Shown here: one piece after another, positions 23,201 to 33,213 of the stretch
Position numbering within the stretch: the stretch's first letter is position 1
Layout: the number at the start of each line of letters is the position of its first letter
NCBI GenBank assembly: GCA_030167865.1
Contig: JALAGF010006362.1
Span: forward strand, 1-55,712
Length of the DNA: 55,712 bases
Source: Craspedostauros australis
Lineage: Eukaryota
Reading direction: 5' to 3'
Translations under genes and position numbers: made by a program
The notes under the pieces: model-generated
The model's database searches: none
The model's input: the letters and a program-made list of their open reading frames with translations, nothing else
What the model was told of the DNA's origin: nothing

Positions 23201-25604
23201 AGTGTCACCAGCCGACCCATTGGTGCCAACAACTTCGCCAACGGCATCACCAACAGCAGCACCAACTGCAGCTCCTACATCACGGGTTGTCAATGATTCC
23301 ACCAGCGAACCATCAGTGTCACCAGCCGACCCATTCGTGCCAACAACTTCGCCAACGGCATCACCAACAGCAGCACCAACCGCAGTCCCAACCACAGTCC
23401 CAACAGCAGCTCCAACAGCAGCTCCAACATCACGGGTTGTCAATGATTCCACCAGCGAACCATCAGTGTCACCAGCCGACCCATCGGTGCCAACAACTTC
23501 GCCAACTGCTGCTCCCACCGCAGTCCCAACCGCTGCTCCTACATCACAGGTTGCCAACGATTTCACCAGTGCACCATCAGTGTCACCAACCGACCCTTTG
23601 GTGCCAACAACTTCACCAACAGCAGCACCAACAGCAGCACCAACTGCAACAGCAACACCAACTGCAACAACAACCATGTCAGGAACATCCCAGTCAACTG
23701 TAGCACCGACTGCGGCACCGACTGCAGCACCCACATCGTCGCCGACAGCAACATACGCTACCACAGCGCCAACCAGCAACAACGATGTTTCGCTCACTGC
23801 ATCTCCAGACGCATCTGAACTTGAAGCACCAACCGGCATGCCGACCAGCATACCGACCAGTTCGCCAACCAGCAACAACGATGTTTCGCTCACTGCGTCT
23901 CCACACGCATCTGAACTGGAAGCACCAACCAGCATGCCGACCAGCATGCCGACCAGTTCGCCAACCGGTGCACAAACTGATTCTCCTGTGTCCAGCGTTC
24001 CGGTAACGCCGACGGCTGCACCAACGTCAGGACCAACAGCAACGATTGGATCAACAACAGCACCAACCACATCCCCAACAACGAGTCCAACTGGAATGCC
24101 GACGTCCTCAAACGCAATCGGTGATAATCCAACAGCATCCAATACAGTGTCGCCGACCAGCACACCCACCAACGCACCGACAAGTCTGCCAACCGGCGAG
24201 CCAACAATTTCACCAACAGCAGCTCCAACTGCGACCTCGCACACTGCCAACCCAACCGCTGGCGCAACTGCCGCACCCACTTCTGCGCCCACATCATCGC
24301 CAACAACTTCTGCGCCGACGGGATCACCGACAACTACGACAGTTGCCACAGCAACAGCGATGCCAACATCGGGAACTGTCACAACTCCTTCACTGTTGCG
24401 ACGATCCGCGCACCGATTCGAATGGGGGCGAGTGGCCATCAGCAGTGTTTCTTGTTCCCACACACTGCCAAGGGCATACATTGACTGTCAGGGCGACGGC
24501 GAGCTTGAAATCATCAACAGGGAACACGCTGCGTGCGAGACGCAAGGCTCCAACCTCGCAATGTGCGACAGCACCAACGAATCCGAAGATGCCACCGTTG
24601 AATTCACATGCACCGGGACTGTCGATAACGACTTGATCGGAAGGGCCCGCATCTTCAAGAGTCAGGCCACATGCGACAACAACGGATCCATTGACCTTGA
24701 TGGCGATGCCATCATGTACTCCAATCTTGGTCGCATGTGCAAGAACGGCGACGAGAATGACAACGGCGTCGGTGACGACACCTTCTCCCTGCGCACCGAC
24801 TACTCCTGCGGTTCATCCCGCTCTGTGAGGAACGCAGACGGCGTCATGTTGTGTGCCAGCGCCGTTCGTCCTCAGGATGGCGACAGCGCAACGCCCTTCA
24901 TTGTCGATGGCATCACCCTCACCAACCCTGATGATGCGACGCGGTGTTCCGAGCAGTTGAACATCCCCGACACAACCGAGCGACGCAACCAGTTGGATGA
25001 GCATCAACTGACATCGACCAACTTCGTGGCCTGGACCTACACCGACTATGGTTTCAAGTGCACCTGGGAGGCACCGTCTCTGACATTGACTTGCGGCGAT
25101 GATGACAACCAAGGCATCATCGACATGAAGCAGGCCTTCGACTTTTGTACGCAGGATGGGTCAAACAAGATCGTCTGCGACAACCCATCTCCAACCTCGA
25201 ACAGCGGGCGTCTCAACCATTTCATGGAGGTGACGTGCTCTGGTGACACCGAACAGTCGATGGATCTCCATGCCAGCACGCCACAAACTCCGTCATCGTC
25301 GACGTCATCCGCAGCAGCAACGGAGGATGACGGAAGCGTGTGCGAATCGAATGGTGTCGCCGTGCAAGGCGTGTCCATCGCGAGGCAATGTGACGACGAG
25401 CACTGGACATCCAGATCGTACTGCGACAACTCAGATCAATACTTCGAACCAAGCCGCGGACTGCCGCTCTGCTTCGATGGCTTCCACTGTGAAGATGAAG
25501 ATGGATGTGACGATGTTTCTGTGAGCAATGTATCCGTCACAGCGACGAACATCGAACAAGGAACCTGCGTGCTTGGAGTGAGCAGGTCATCCATCGGTTT
25601 CTAG
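20214..25604 (+). CDS. Large secreted mucin-like PT-repeat glycoprotein with a Cys-rich C-terminal region
   Basis: Signal peptide 'MTLTMQRLTTILLLAFLAQPASAG' at 20214 (ORF open from 19788), about 1300 aa of PTxxPT repeats, then about 400 aa rich in Cys and Asp. Confidence 0.85.
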   Translation: MTLTMQRLTTILLLAFLAQPASAGFFDLGKRQQESASSDDAAPTNVGMINDARVADANTIRENRLPPFFDPFFGIPAPTSAPTDGPTASPTGSPTAMPTMAPTAYPTTQPTASPTRLPTRTPTGLPTVSPTRSPTRAPSAAPTRAPTVSPTGLPTGLPTGLPTGLPTGVPTELALEPPTAVPTRPPTVHPTAFPTAFPTATPTVHPTAFPTAFPTASPTATPTVHPTAFPTAFPTATPTVHPTAFPTATPIASPTMQPTAAPSEGTGPRIGITTPSPVAVQTSSPTSRRTMLPTSVPTTTVTGIPTAQPSRGATRNPTHAPTVSPNASATANPTSSPTKGAINTSGPTAAPTAKQTLMPTTTPTMTPTARPTTRPSLAPTIAPTRLPTASPTRSATASPTHAHSTMPTVSRTDVPSTMPSSATHMPTLSPTWMPASSQTHMPTNKPSALHSVHPSVSPSSLPTRQPTATPTSGPTTAPTVSPTAWPTSRPTMVPTTAPTTAPTTAPTAPSNEGVTILTNAPTATPSAMPTSQPTVAPTAYPTVVPTVLPTAHPTTSPTTAPTEYPTAHPTAYPTATPTRASPDVVTTGLPTSQPAHAPTSAPTNNKITGEPTGSTSASRTSSPTQMPTVSLTTQPTSRPTAAPTAGTIAGPTAAPTAAPTATPTAAPTAAPTAGPAAGPTARPTTGPTAGSTAALTAGPTAGPPTGSTAAPTAAPTAAPTAGPTAGPAAGPTAGPTAGPTAGSTAGPTAGPTTGPAATPAAGPTTGPTTGPTTGPTTGPTTGPTTGPTTEPTTGPTSDATKGPTGSPSMPFDRTLFPTAAPTVAPTANVAPGQTSSPTTLPNVSTTATPTASPMASPTASPTASPTASPTASPTASPTAPTFPTSAPTLQHGGMPTASPQASASYTPTVIPTSSPTSGLTSGLTSGPTSGPTSGPTSAPTSGPTSGPTSGPTSRPTELFVPRVPLPPTASPTAAPTTAPTAAPTLRVVNDSTSEPSVSPADPLVPTTSPTASPTAAPTAAPTSRVVNDSTSEPSVSPADPFVPTTSPTASPTAAPTAVPTTVPTAAPTAAPTSRVVNDSTSEPSVSPADPSVPTTSPTAAPTAVPTAAPTSQVANDFTSAPSVSPTDPLVPTTSPTAAPTAAPTATATPTATTTMSGTSQSTVAPTAAPTAAPTSSPTATYATTAPTSNNDVSLTASPDASELEAPTGMPTSIPTSSPTSNNDVSLTASPHASELEAPTSMPTSMPTSSPTGAQTDSPVSSVPVTPTAAPTSGPTATIGSTTAPTTSPTTSPTGMPTSSNAIGDNPTASNTVSPTSTPTNAPTSLPTGEPTISPTAAPTATSHTANPTAGATAAPTSAPTSSPTTSAPTGSPTTTTVATATAMPTSGTVTTPSLLRRSAHRFEWGRVAISSVSCSHTLPRAYIDCQGDGELEIINREHAACETQGSNLAMCDSTNESEDATVEFTCTGTVDNDLIGRARIFKSQATCDNNGSIDLDGDAIMYSNLGRMCKNGDENDNGVGDDTFSLRTDYSCGSSRSVRNADGVMLCASAVRPQDGDSATPFIVDGITLTNPDDATRCSEQLNIPDTTERRNQLDEHQLTSTNFVAWTYTDYGFKCTWEAPSLTLTCGDDDNQGIIDMKQAFDFCTQDGSNKIVCDNPSPTSNSGRLNHFMEVTCSGDTEQSMDLHASTPQTPSSSTSSAAATEDDGSVCESNGVAVQGVSIARQCDDEHWTSRSYCDNSDQYFEPSRGLPLCFDGFHCEDEDGCDDVSVSNVSVTATNIEQGTCVLGVSRSSIGF
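20440..24390 (+). repeat. Coding tandem-repeat region: 12-nt PTxx units plus larger 96-150 nt duplications
   Basis: Examples: (CCAACTGGATTG)n near 20661, (GGACCAACCACA)n near 22500, (GCATCACCAACA)n near 22776. 'RVVNDSTSEPSVSPADP' blocks start at 23169, 23283 and 23433, with a diverged copy at 23547. Confidence 0.92.
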
Positions 25605-26000
25605 CTTTCCCGAGAGCACAGACACACTTCCACTTCGGAAGCTCCGCGCCACGAAGCGCCAAGTGGTAAGCGCACAACCCAACAAGAGCACGCCCAACAG
25701 CAACATAGAACAGAATGCTATAATTCATAACTCAACAATCACTTCATGCGAAGACTCAGTAAATGTACATAGGAGTGCCAATGGGAGCTACCTACAGATA
25801 CAACAGCGTTTGCAATGTTACGTAATGCTTGTACACTACGAAACCAATACATGAATTATGTTCTGCTGTGCTCTACGGTCAAGTCCTTGTTGCGCAGCAG
25901 AAAAGAGTGGAGTGCCCAAGTAATGCGGAAATCAATGTCATCGCATTCAATTCCGTTGCATTGCATTGCGTTGCACATGATATCCCATTCCATCACAACA

Positions 26001-27798
26001 CTATATGTGTCCGTAGGACTGCTCCCGATGATGGTCGGCATCAGAGACCCGATCTAACAAGGCGCCGACTCGTTTGCGCACAGTCGCGATCTGCTTGGCC
26101 GTGCCCTGGATGAGAAGCACGCGGCGGTCCTGGTCGACGTGCATCTTGGTACCCGTGGCACGCTGCATGCCGATAATCGTGGCTCCCTTCTTTCCGATGA
26201 CGATACCGACGTGATTCCCCAATTCTATCTCATCGTTCTCGATCTCCGCCTCCTCCTCCTGCAGGCCGGAAGACGTGCCGGGGCGGTTGCGCGCCCAGAA
26301 CTTGGTCTGCCGATCGTTGGAGCCGGTGGCGAGCGTGTGGCCTGCGGGGTGCCATTGCATGTCCCAGATGGCCATGTCGTGCGCGAAGGGCACCTTGGCG
26401 GCGGGCTCCTCCGATCCCTTGGCACCCAGGTTCCAGTAGAGCAGGGTGCCGTCCATGCCGCCGGACGCCAGCACCGACTCGTGCAGCGGATGCCACGCAA
26501 CCGACGTGACCTCCTTGTGATGTCCCTTGAGGCTGACCAGCTCCTTCATCGCGCGGATGTCGTAGAGCTTGATGAGCTGGTCGCGCGATGCCGTGACGAG
26601 CCAGTTGCCGTTGTTGTTCCATGCCACCTTCGTGACCGTGTTCTTGTGCCCGTAGAGGGTGCTGAGACATGCGCCGGAGCGTGGATCCCACAGCTTGACG
26701 AGGTTGTCCTTGCTGCAGCTGCACAACAGGGAGCTCCGTGGGTGCCATTGCACGCACTGTCAACGTAAAGAAGAGAGGGAGCGAACGAGCGAGGGTGGGA
26801 GGTGGTGAGATGCGGCGGGTGAAGCATATTGCTTGCAACCGTTGTCATAATAGAGACCAACAACGGGTATGGCTGAATGAGTGTGTGATGGGCCGAGGCG
26901 ACGAACCATGGATATGCGCTGTGCAAAGTGTGGACTGCAAAAGTGTGAACTGATACGCTGGCACACTGTTGCACTGGCGCACTCGCATTCTGAGCTCTTC
27001 TCATCGTGCTAGAGCACCCGTGCGAACGTGGCACTCCAAACAACTTACCTTGACGTCCCAACCATGACCCTCCAGGATGCGCTCTTCGCTGTGCGTCGCC
27101 CAATCCCACACCCGCACCGTGGCGTCGTCCCCGCAACTCGCGAACTTGGTGTCGCTGGGAGAGAAGCTCATGGCGTGGATGGCCTGGCCGTTGTGGCTGT
27201 CGATCGACTGGACGGGCGCGATGGAGGGCGACCAGTACTTGATGTTGCCGCCGGCGTCGCAGGTGAGGAGGTAGTTGAGATTGTGGCTCCAGCACATGCT
27301 GCGGAAGCTGGCGTCGTGCGCGCTCATGATGAGCTCGAATCCGAAGGTGATGCCGTCCCACAGCGTGAATTCGCCCTCCTGGTTGCCCGAGAGCAGGCGG
27401 CGACCGCCGGGCGTCCATGACAGGCTCATGATGGGCGTGGAGTTCTTGGCGCGCGTGACGTGCGACATGTACGTGCACATGACAGAGGAGGGGTTGGGCG
27501 CCGCAACGGTGGAGATGGGCATGCCCATCAATCGGAGGTGGGAGGAGTGCGGCTGCAGGTACCTGGCGTTGCGGACATGGGAGCTGCGGCACGATGAGAA
27601 GTAGCGTCTGTTGGTGATGTCGATCACTGAGGGCGTGTGGTAGTCCACGCACTTGCGGATCAGGTTGCGCTCCGCCGCCTTCTGCTCGGCATCGTCAAAG
27701 TCGTTGCCGCCGCCACCATGTCCACCTCCGTGTCCTCCACCTCGGGGTCCACCGCGTGATCCACCGCGAGATCCGCTGGCCGGTCCGTGGTATGACAT
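26001..27798 (-). CDS. WDR33: WDR33/Pfs2/FY-like pre-mRNA 3'-end processing WD40 protein with a C-terminal KH domain; exons 27798..27049 and 26756..26001
   Basis: 'RKCVDY', '[35 protein letters not shown]', '[21 protein letters not shown]', '[15 protein letters not shown]', '[14 protein letters not shown]', '[17 protein letters not shown]'. Phase-0 intron with GTAAGT donor at 27048 and CAG acceptor ending at 26757. Confidence 0.92.
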
Positions 27799-28410
27799 CG
27801 TCTCTCTACCGCGCGTGTAGGTCGTAGTAGCAGAGAGTGAATGGTATTATATTATATAATAATATTATATATTAATAGTATTATATCATGTGATAGATTC
27901 AAGTCTACCAATAGAGTAGTCAAGCGTGGCGACCTGGAGTGGGTAAGTACACTCTCTATAGCAGAGAGAAGGTGTGGAGTAATGGATCCGTGTGGGTTTG
28001 GCTGCGCTCTGTTGTGTCATGTTGTGTTGTTTCGCAGCCATGTTTCGTGATCGTGGATCGCGATCCAACGATTGGCGCCAAGAACAGCCACGAAGCCTAT
28101 CGGGGGGAGGCTAGAGACTACGTCTGAGATGGAGCCGATGGCACTCCAGATCACATCACCCAACACCCTTCAAAGCAATGATAAAATACATACGAGCAGT
28201 AGCGAGAGTGCGAGGAGAGTCACACACACACTTGTGGGATCATCCATTCACATCAACTGCATCATATTATATAATACTATTACATCATCATCTTATGTTT
28301 TATTGCGTTGCGTTGGATTGTGCTGGAAACATCTCAATATTGGTTCGCTACGAAGCACCACCTACTAGAGGAGCGTGGCACCACGAGCAGCTGATACAGT
28401 GTGCAGCAAT

Positions 28411-30567
28411 TCACTTGGTCATGCTCCGCTGCCTTGTGACGATGCGCCGCTTCGGACTGATGGTCTGCTTCCAGGCGTCGAGACGCGATAGTCTCCTCAG
28501 ACTACCGCTGTTGTGACTGTTGGCGCTGTCGGCGCTGTGCCTCTGCTGCGCATGGTAATGTCGCAGGTTGCGTGGATCATCCAGAGTTGTGGCACTCACC
28601 CTCGACCCGCGACGTGGATGTGGACGGTGGTGCTGTTCTTGTTCCTGTTCGTGCTCATGTTCGTGTTCATGTTCATGTTCCTCTTCATCTTCGTCGTCAC
28701 GGCACATCGCGATGAAGTCTTCCAGGCTTTGGCCGGATGTGGATATCACGCTTTGGCGATCGGCGCTGCCGGTACCCGTTGCAGATGACATTCCTGTTCG
28801 TGCTATTGTGCCGACCGTGGATGGCGACAGCAGGGTTGGAAGTGGCAAGGCCCGATCAATGCCTTCTCTTTCTGCTGCGCCAACTTCCAATTCAGCCTCC
28901 GTCTGTACCTCCACGCGCTGCAAAGTCAGCGCGTCACTCTCCACGCCAGTGTCCGCATCCATACGTATAGCTCCCGCAGGTGTACTCGGAATTGGAAGCA
29001 CTTCTCTATTTCCCTGCCCGCCTGCTATTCTCGTTGCAGGCACAGGCGCACGTGGTTCCAACGACACTGTCGCTTCCTTCTTTCTCGAAGATCCCTTGAT
29101 CTTGGGCGTTTCCATTCGTTCGAGCGAAACCTGGTTGTCAAGCGACGGCAGATCGAGCTCGTAGGACAACGACCCTTCAATGTCGTGAGTCGTGGGCGGT
29201 CCATCCGTCAGTTCCTCGTCCGATCCATTCCAAGATATGCTCGGCTTTCCATCGTGGTCGCCGTTGCTGAGACTGCCGTGATGGCTGTAGCTGCTCCAGT
29301 CCATGCGCGGACTGTAGCTGTATGAATGTCTGTTGTACGAATTGTTGTTGTATGAATTGTTGCTGTATGAATGGTTGTCAAGATGAAACGTTGGGAACAA
29401 GGACTGATGTTGCGTGGACGGCGCCGTGAGGAAGCTATCATCCCCATCCTGGAGCTGACCCTCCTCGATGGGCTGGATGCTGCCGTACCCCGCCAGGTGC
29501 GACATGACGCTGTCCGTGTTGGAGTTGGTCTTCCGGTGCTTCATGCGCCTCTTCGCTGCAACGCTCTGCCGCACGATCATGAGGGACGTGCGCCTGCCGA
29601 ATTCCGGGTTATCCGCGTTGAGCAGGGGAACGCTGAGCAGCAGATCGCAGCCAAGGCCCAGCAGGACGAAGACGCACATGTAGCCGTACCAGCTGGACAT
29701 GACGCGCCAGTCCTCCCACACGATGACGCCCGTCAGAGCGTTGACAAGGATGATGGTGGTGGCGTTGAGCGGAACGAATCGGGCCTGATCCACCGCGGTG
29801 GACTGCACGACGATGGCGTAGGTGTAGACCGCCCCCGACACGACCTTGATGATGAGGAAGATGATGAGCACGGTCTGGGACGGGCCCAGGATGAAGAAGC
29901 GGCTGACGGTAATGTTCAACGTGAGGGAGGATGCGCGTGCGACTAGCAGGATGGTGAACCTCCGTCTCATCGCGTGCTTCGTGATGTCCAGCGCCAGCAT
30001 GACGCCCGTGCTGAGGGACGCGAGAATGAGCAGAATGAACCACACGATGGAGTACCAATGACGCATGAGGATGCCGACGTGCTGGTCCTCCTGAACGTCG
30101 GGACCCACCAGGGGCAGCAGAATGACGGCCACAACAATGACGTACGTCCCGACCCTCATGTTCTTGGTGAAGTCCTCCTTGAGGAGGATGCCGAAGACCA
30201 GCATGTTGGTGAGCAGCGTCGCAGAGTAGAAGAAAGGAACCACCGCGCTCACAGGACCGAACCAGGGAGCCACCAGATGGCTGAGGATCGAACCGATGCC
30301 TTGCAGCGTGATGTTCCCTGCCAGCGCCAGCAGCTCCTGCCCGTAGCTCATGGCAACGCCCTGTTTGGAGCGAACGGCCGGAACCGCCGTCAATGCCGTG
30401 GCTCCCACTTCGAAGACGCCGCCGATGGCTGCCATTGAGCAGCATATCGGAAGCGACTGGTCGATGTGTACGAATGTCACCTCCATCGTCTTCTTCGCAT
30501 CCTCCTTCTTCTGATCTCCACGTAGCTTGTCGTGTATTGGACAGAGTTGGATTGAGTTATGACGCAA
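28411..30567 (-). CDS. NIPA-like Mg2+ transporter / DMT-superfamily membrane protein with a long disordered C-tail
   Basis: About 9 hydrophobic helices, with 'APWFGPVSAVVP', 'FVPLNATTIILVNALTGVIVWEDW' and 'CVFVLLGLGCDLL'. The start could be 30567 or a downstream ATG near 30486. Confidence 0.7.
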   Translation of the reverse strand: MRHNSIQLCPIHDKLRGDQKKEDAKKTMEVTFVHIDQSLPICCSMAAIGGVFEVGATALTAVPAVRSKQGVAMSYGQELLALAGNITLQGIGSILSHLVAPWFGPVSAVVPFFYSATLLTNMLVFGILLKEDFTKNMRVGTYVIVVAVILLPLVGPDVQEDQHVGILMRHWYSIVWFILLILASLSTGVMLALDITKHAMRRRFTILLVARASSLTLNITVSRFFILGPSQTVLIIFLIIKVVSGAVYTYAIVVQSTAVDQARFVPLNATTIILVNALTGVIVWEDWRVMSSWYGYMCVFVLLGLGCDLLLSVPLLNADNPEFGRRTSLMIVRQSVAAKRRMKHRKTNSNTDSVMSHLAGYGSIQPIEEGQLQDGDDSFLTAPSTQHQSLFPTFHLDNHSYSNNSYNNNSYNRHSYSYSPRMDWSSYSHHGSLSNGDHDGKPSISWNGSDEELTDGPPTTHDIEGSLSYELDLPSLDNQVSLERMETPKIKGSSRKKEATVSLEPRAPVPATRIAGGQGNREVLPIPSTPAGAIRMDADTGVESDALTLQRVEVQTEAELEVGAAEREGIDRALPLPTLLSPSTVGTIARTGMSSATGTGSADRQSVISTSGQSLEDFIAMCRDDEDEEEHEHEHEHEHEQEQEQHHRPHPRRGSRVSATTLDDPRNLRHYHAQQRHSADSANSHNSGSLRRLSRLDAWKQTISPKRRIVTRQRSMTK

Positions 30568-31344
30568 TGCGATGTGAATGCCGTTGTGCCATGTATTCTA
30601 TGATACTACACGAGAATGGTGGAGTAGAGCACCCTGCCGTATTTTGTGTGCTCTATGATCTACGATCTACTCGTGGATACCAGACGAGCACACGCACACC
30701 CCGCAACACAGCGCATGGCCGATTCTGCTGATTTTTATGTGCGGTTTGGTGTCAACAGAAGCTTCAACCTCGTTTCTCGGAACATCAATCTTCGCGCTTC
30801 ACGCCTCCCAACCCTGTCTTTGACCCAGTTCTCTTTCCGTGCAGAACAGCTGTTCGGAGAAACGACGCACGTATACACGCAAGACGTTATATATTCTACT
30901 TAGACACACAATTTCGTCACCCGAACAACAAAAGATGTGACGAATATATCAGAACATCTCACGAATCCACGTTTGTGAATGACCAATACGACTATAAACT
31001 GCCAACACAAACAAGAAACGAAACACAAACGAGACCAAAGAATTCCAGACAACAACAACGAAGAACAAGCCTTGCTCGTTCTCCTCCTTTGTGCAGAGGA
31101 GACGCCACCAGTTTTGTGTGAAAGGTGTCAGATCCTGCGAAGTGCAAATACCTCCGAGCTGCGTACCATACGATCTGTGAGGAGAGAGATCATTGCCTCT
31201 CTTGTGTGTCCGACCATCGACAGAGTACGAGCGTGGTACCTGTGTCTCAGTCTACTCTACGCAAGTATTGCATTCTATTCTATTCTATTCTATTACACAA
31301 TATTATAGAATAATATACCTTCTTTCAATTCGTGGCCAATCAAG

Positions 31345-33213
31345 ATGCAATCCAAGGCAGCCTGTGCTTGTGTGGAGGATGAGCAAGATTGGCCCGAAGG
31401 TGGATGGTGGAGGACGTTGGAGGATGAGGAGTGCCCGATCACGTTGGAGCCGCTGTCGACTTTGCCGTATCCACCGTTTGCGCTCTACAGCAGCCACAGC
31501 AACATCGGGAGCAACATCACAAGCTTCAATGCTGCACAGGCATCGTACTTCGATGGCCTCGCGCTGGCATCGTACATAGTGTCAAGGGGGATCTTTCAGA
31601 ATCCTCTCACCAGGACGGAACTCACGCGCAAGGAATGCCGCAGACTGGATGACTACTTGGAGACCCATTGGTACAATCATGAAACAGACGGAAGTGGCAA
31701 TACTATTGGCAGCGCCCGTGCCAGCGCCAGCGCTAGCGCGAAGGGTGACACAAATCCGAGCAATCACCCTCGAGACGCCACGCATGTGCCAGGATTGATG
31801 AATGCCGACCATCAACGGCAGGGCAGGCTATCCGTCGAAGAGGCGTTCAACCTCAAGAATTCCATCAACGTGCGCATCGCTGGGCCTGCGAACAATACCA
31901 CCACCATTCGTGCGGCGCAGCATGCATCGCGGGGATATTCCCATCCAAGCGAGCAGCATCTTCGACGCATCGGCACGCTGCAGAGCACGGCAACCGCAGC
32001 GTTGGCGGGTCTCTTCGTGTACGGCAACAACCATCGCAATCAGTACCGGTCTCGCTATCGCCGCAGCCGCCTCGGGCGCTTGGGGAATGTCGACCTGAGT
32101 GCCGGCAACCAGGAACAGCGCAGCCTCGAGGTGCCCGAATGGGGATTCGACCTGGATCGTCGGCTTGTCGATTCGTCCGCATATGTGCAGGAGGGTTGGA
32201 CTGTCATCGACGATGACGAGGCGAGGGTGGTGACCACGGAACGTGAAGCCTACGAAGCCGTCCAGAAGGCATTCCCGAGGTTGGCAGCTGAGCAAGATGG
32301 TGCCGACAGCGGCCGTCATAGCAATGGTGCCAACGATAGCGACAATAGCAACGACGTTCAGAATCGAAATGGAAGTGGCAACAGCACGCCACGTTCGGTC
32401 CATGACCAGCAGCTGCTCGACGCGGTACGCACCAAATCCGTGCAAGAACATCGCAAGCAAATGGAAAGATCACGGCAGTTGGAAGCCGCAAGACAGCATC
32501 TTCTGCAGGAGGCTGTGGTTCGCCGTGACGAGCGAAAACGGGAACGGCAACGACAGCGAGAAATGAACTCGGCGCAGCATCAAGCAATCCAAAAGGAGAC
32601 CGAGGAGACCGCCCAGGCACGGGCAGAAATCGAGGCCTGGCGCGATGAGCAATGGGACAAGCTGGTTCTACGCTCGACCGCAGCTGGACAAGAGGAACGG
32701 AAGGCCGGAGGACGCCACACAATTTGTCTGTCCGTGACAACATCAAACGAGGCGAAAGAGTTCCAATCAGGCACGAATTTGTCCGAAAAAAGAGTCCGCG
32801 ATAACGCAAACGGTGAAACTCATGGTGGCGCTGGGAGCAATGGCAACAGCAACGGAAGCAAAACGGATAGTACTTCCCGGAACAATGACAGTGGCGGAGG
32901 CGATGATGGCGGCAATGACGCCAACCATGACATTGATGATACTGACACAAGAACTGCATCCGATGCTGAAGCGAGGAAGAAGGAGAAGGCTGCCGCCAAA
33001 CGAAAACGAGCGAGGGAAAGGAAGAAACTGCAAAAGCGAGAGGAGCGGGAGCTTGCGGAGGCGAAGGAACGTGAGATGGTAATTCTCGCGAAGCAGACGA
33101 AGAGCAAGATCAAATGCACAGCGTGTGGCCAAGGCATGTTGGACTGTGGTTTTGAGAAGCATGGCAAGACGTTTTGCTCACCGAAATGCGCGAGGACCTT
33201 CGCGCCGGCTTGA
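31345..33213 (+). CDS. Hypothetical protein: N-terminal U-box/RING-like domain, coiled coils, C-terminal treble-clef zinc finger
   Basis: 'ECPITLEPL...YFDGLALASYIVSRGIFQNPLTRTELT'; basic coiled coil 'KKEKAAAKRKRARERKK'; 'CTACGQ...FCSPKCAR'. Confidence 0.72.
   Translation: MQSKAACACVEDEQDWPEGGWWRTLEDEECPITLEPLSTLPYPPFALYSSHSNIGSNITSFNAAQASYFDGLALASYIVSRGIFQNPLTRTELTRKECRRLDDYLETHWYNHETDGSGNTIGSARASASASAKGDTNPSNHPRDATHVPGLMNADHQRQGRLSVEEAFNLKNSINVRIAGPANNTTTIRAAQHASRGYSHPSEQHLRRIGTLQSTATAALAGLFVYGNNHRNQYRSRYRRSRLGRLGNVDLSAGNQEQRSLEVPEWGFDLDRRLVDSSAYVQEGWTVIDDDEARVVTTEREAYEAVQKAFPRLAAEQDGADSGRHSNGANDSDNSNDVQNRNGSGNSTPRSVHDQQLLDAVRTKSVQEHRKQMERSRQLEAARQHLLQEAVVRRDERKRERQRQREMNSAQHQAIQKETEETAQARAEIEAWRDEQWDKLVLRSTAAGQEERKAGGRHTICLSVTTSNEAKEFQSGTNLSEKRVRDNANGETHGGAGSNGNSNGSKTDSTSRNNDSGGGDDGGNDANHDIDDTDTRTASDAEARKKEKAAAKRKRARERKKLQKREERELAEAKEREMVILAKQTKSKIKCTACGQGMLDCGFEKHGKTFCSPKCARTFAPA

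Noticed and set aside
23169..23620. Repeat-spacer-like pattern resembling a CRISPR array
   Set aside because: Spacings are multiples of 3 inside a coding ORF, the 'spacers' are similar to each other, the context is eukaryotic and there are no cas genes.
20174..24481. Long antisense ORFs rich in VG/AVG
   Set aside because: Shadow frames of the PT-repeat gene on the + strand.
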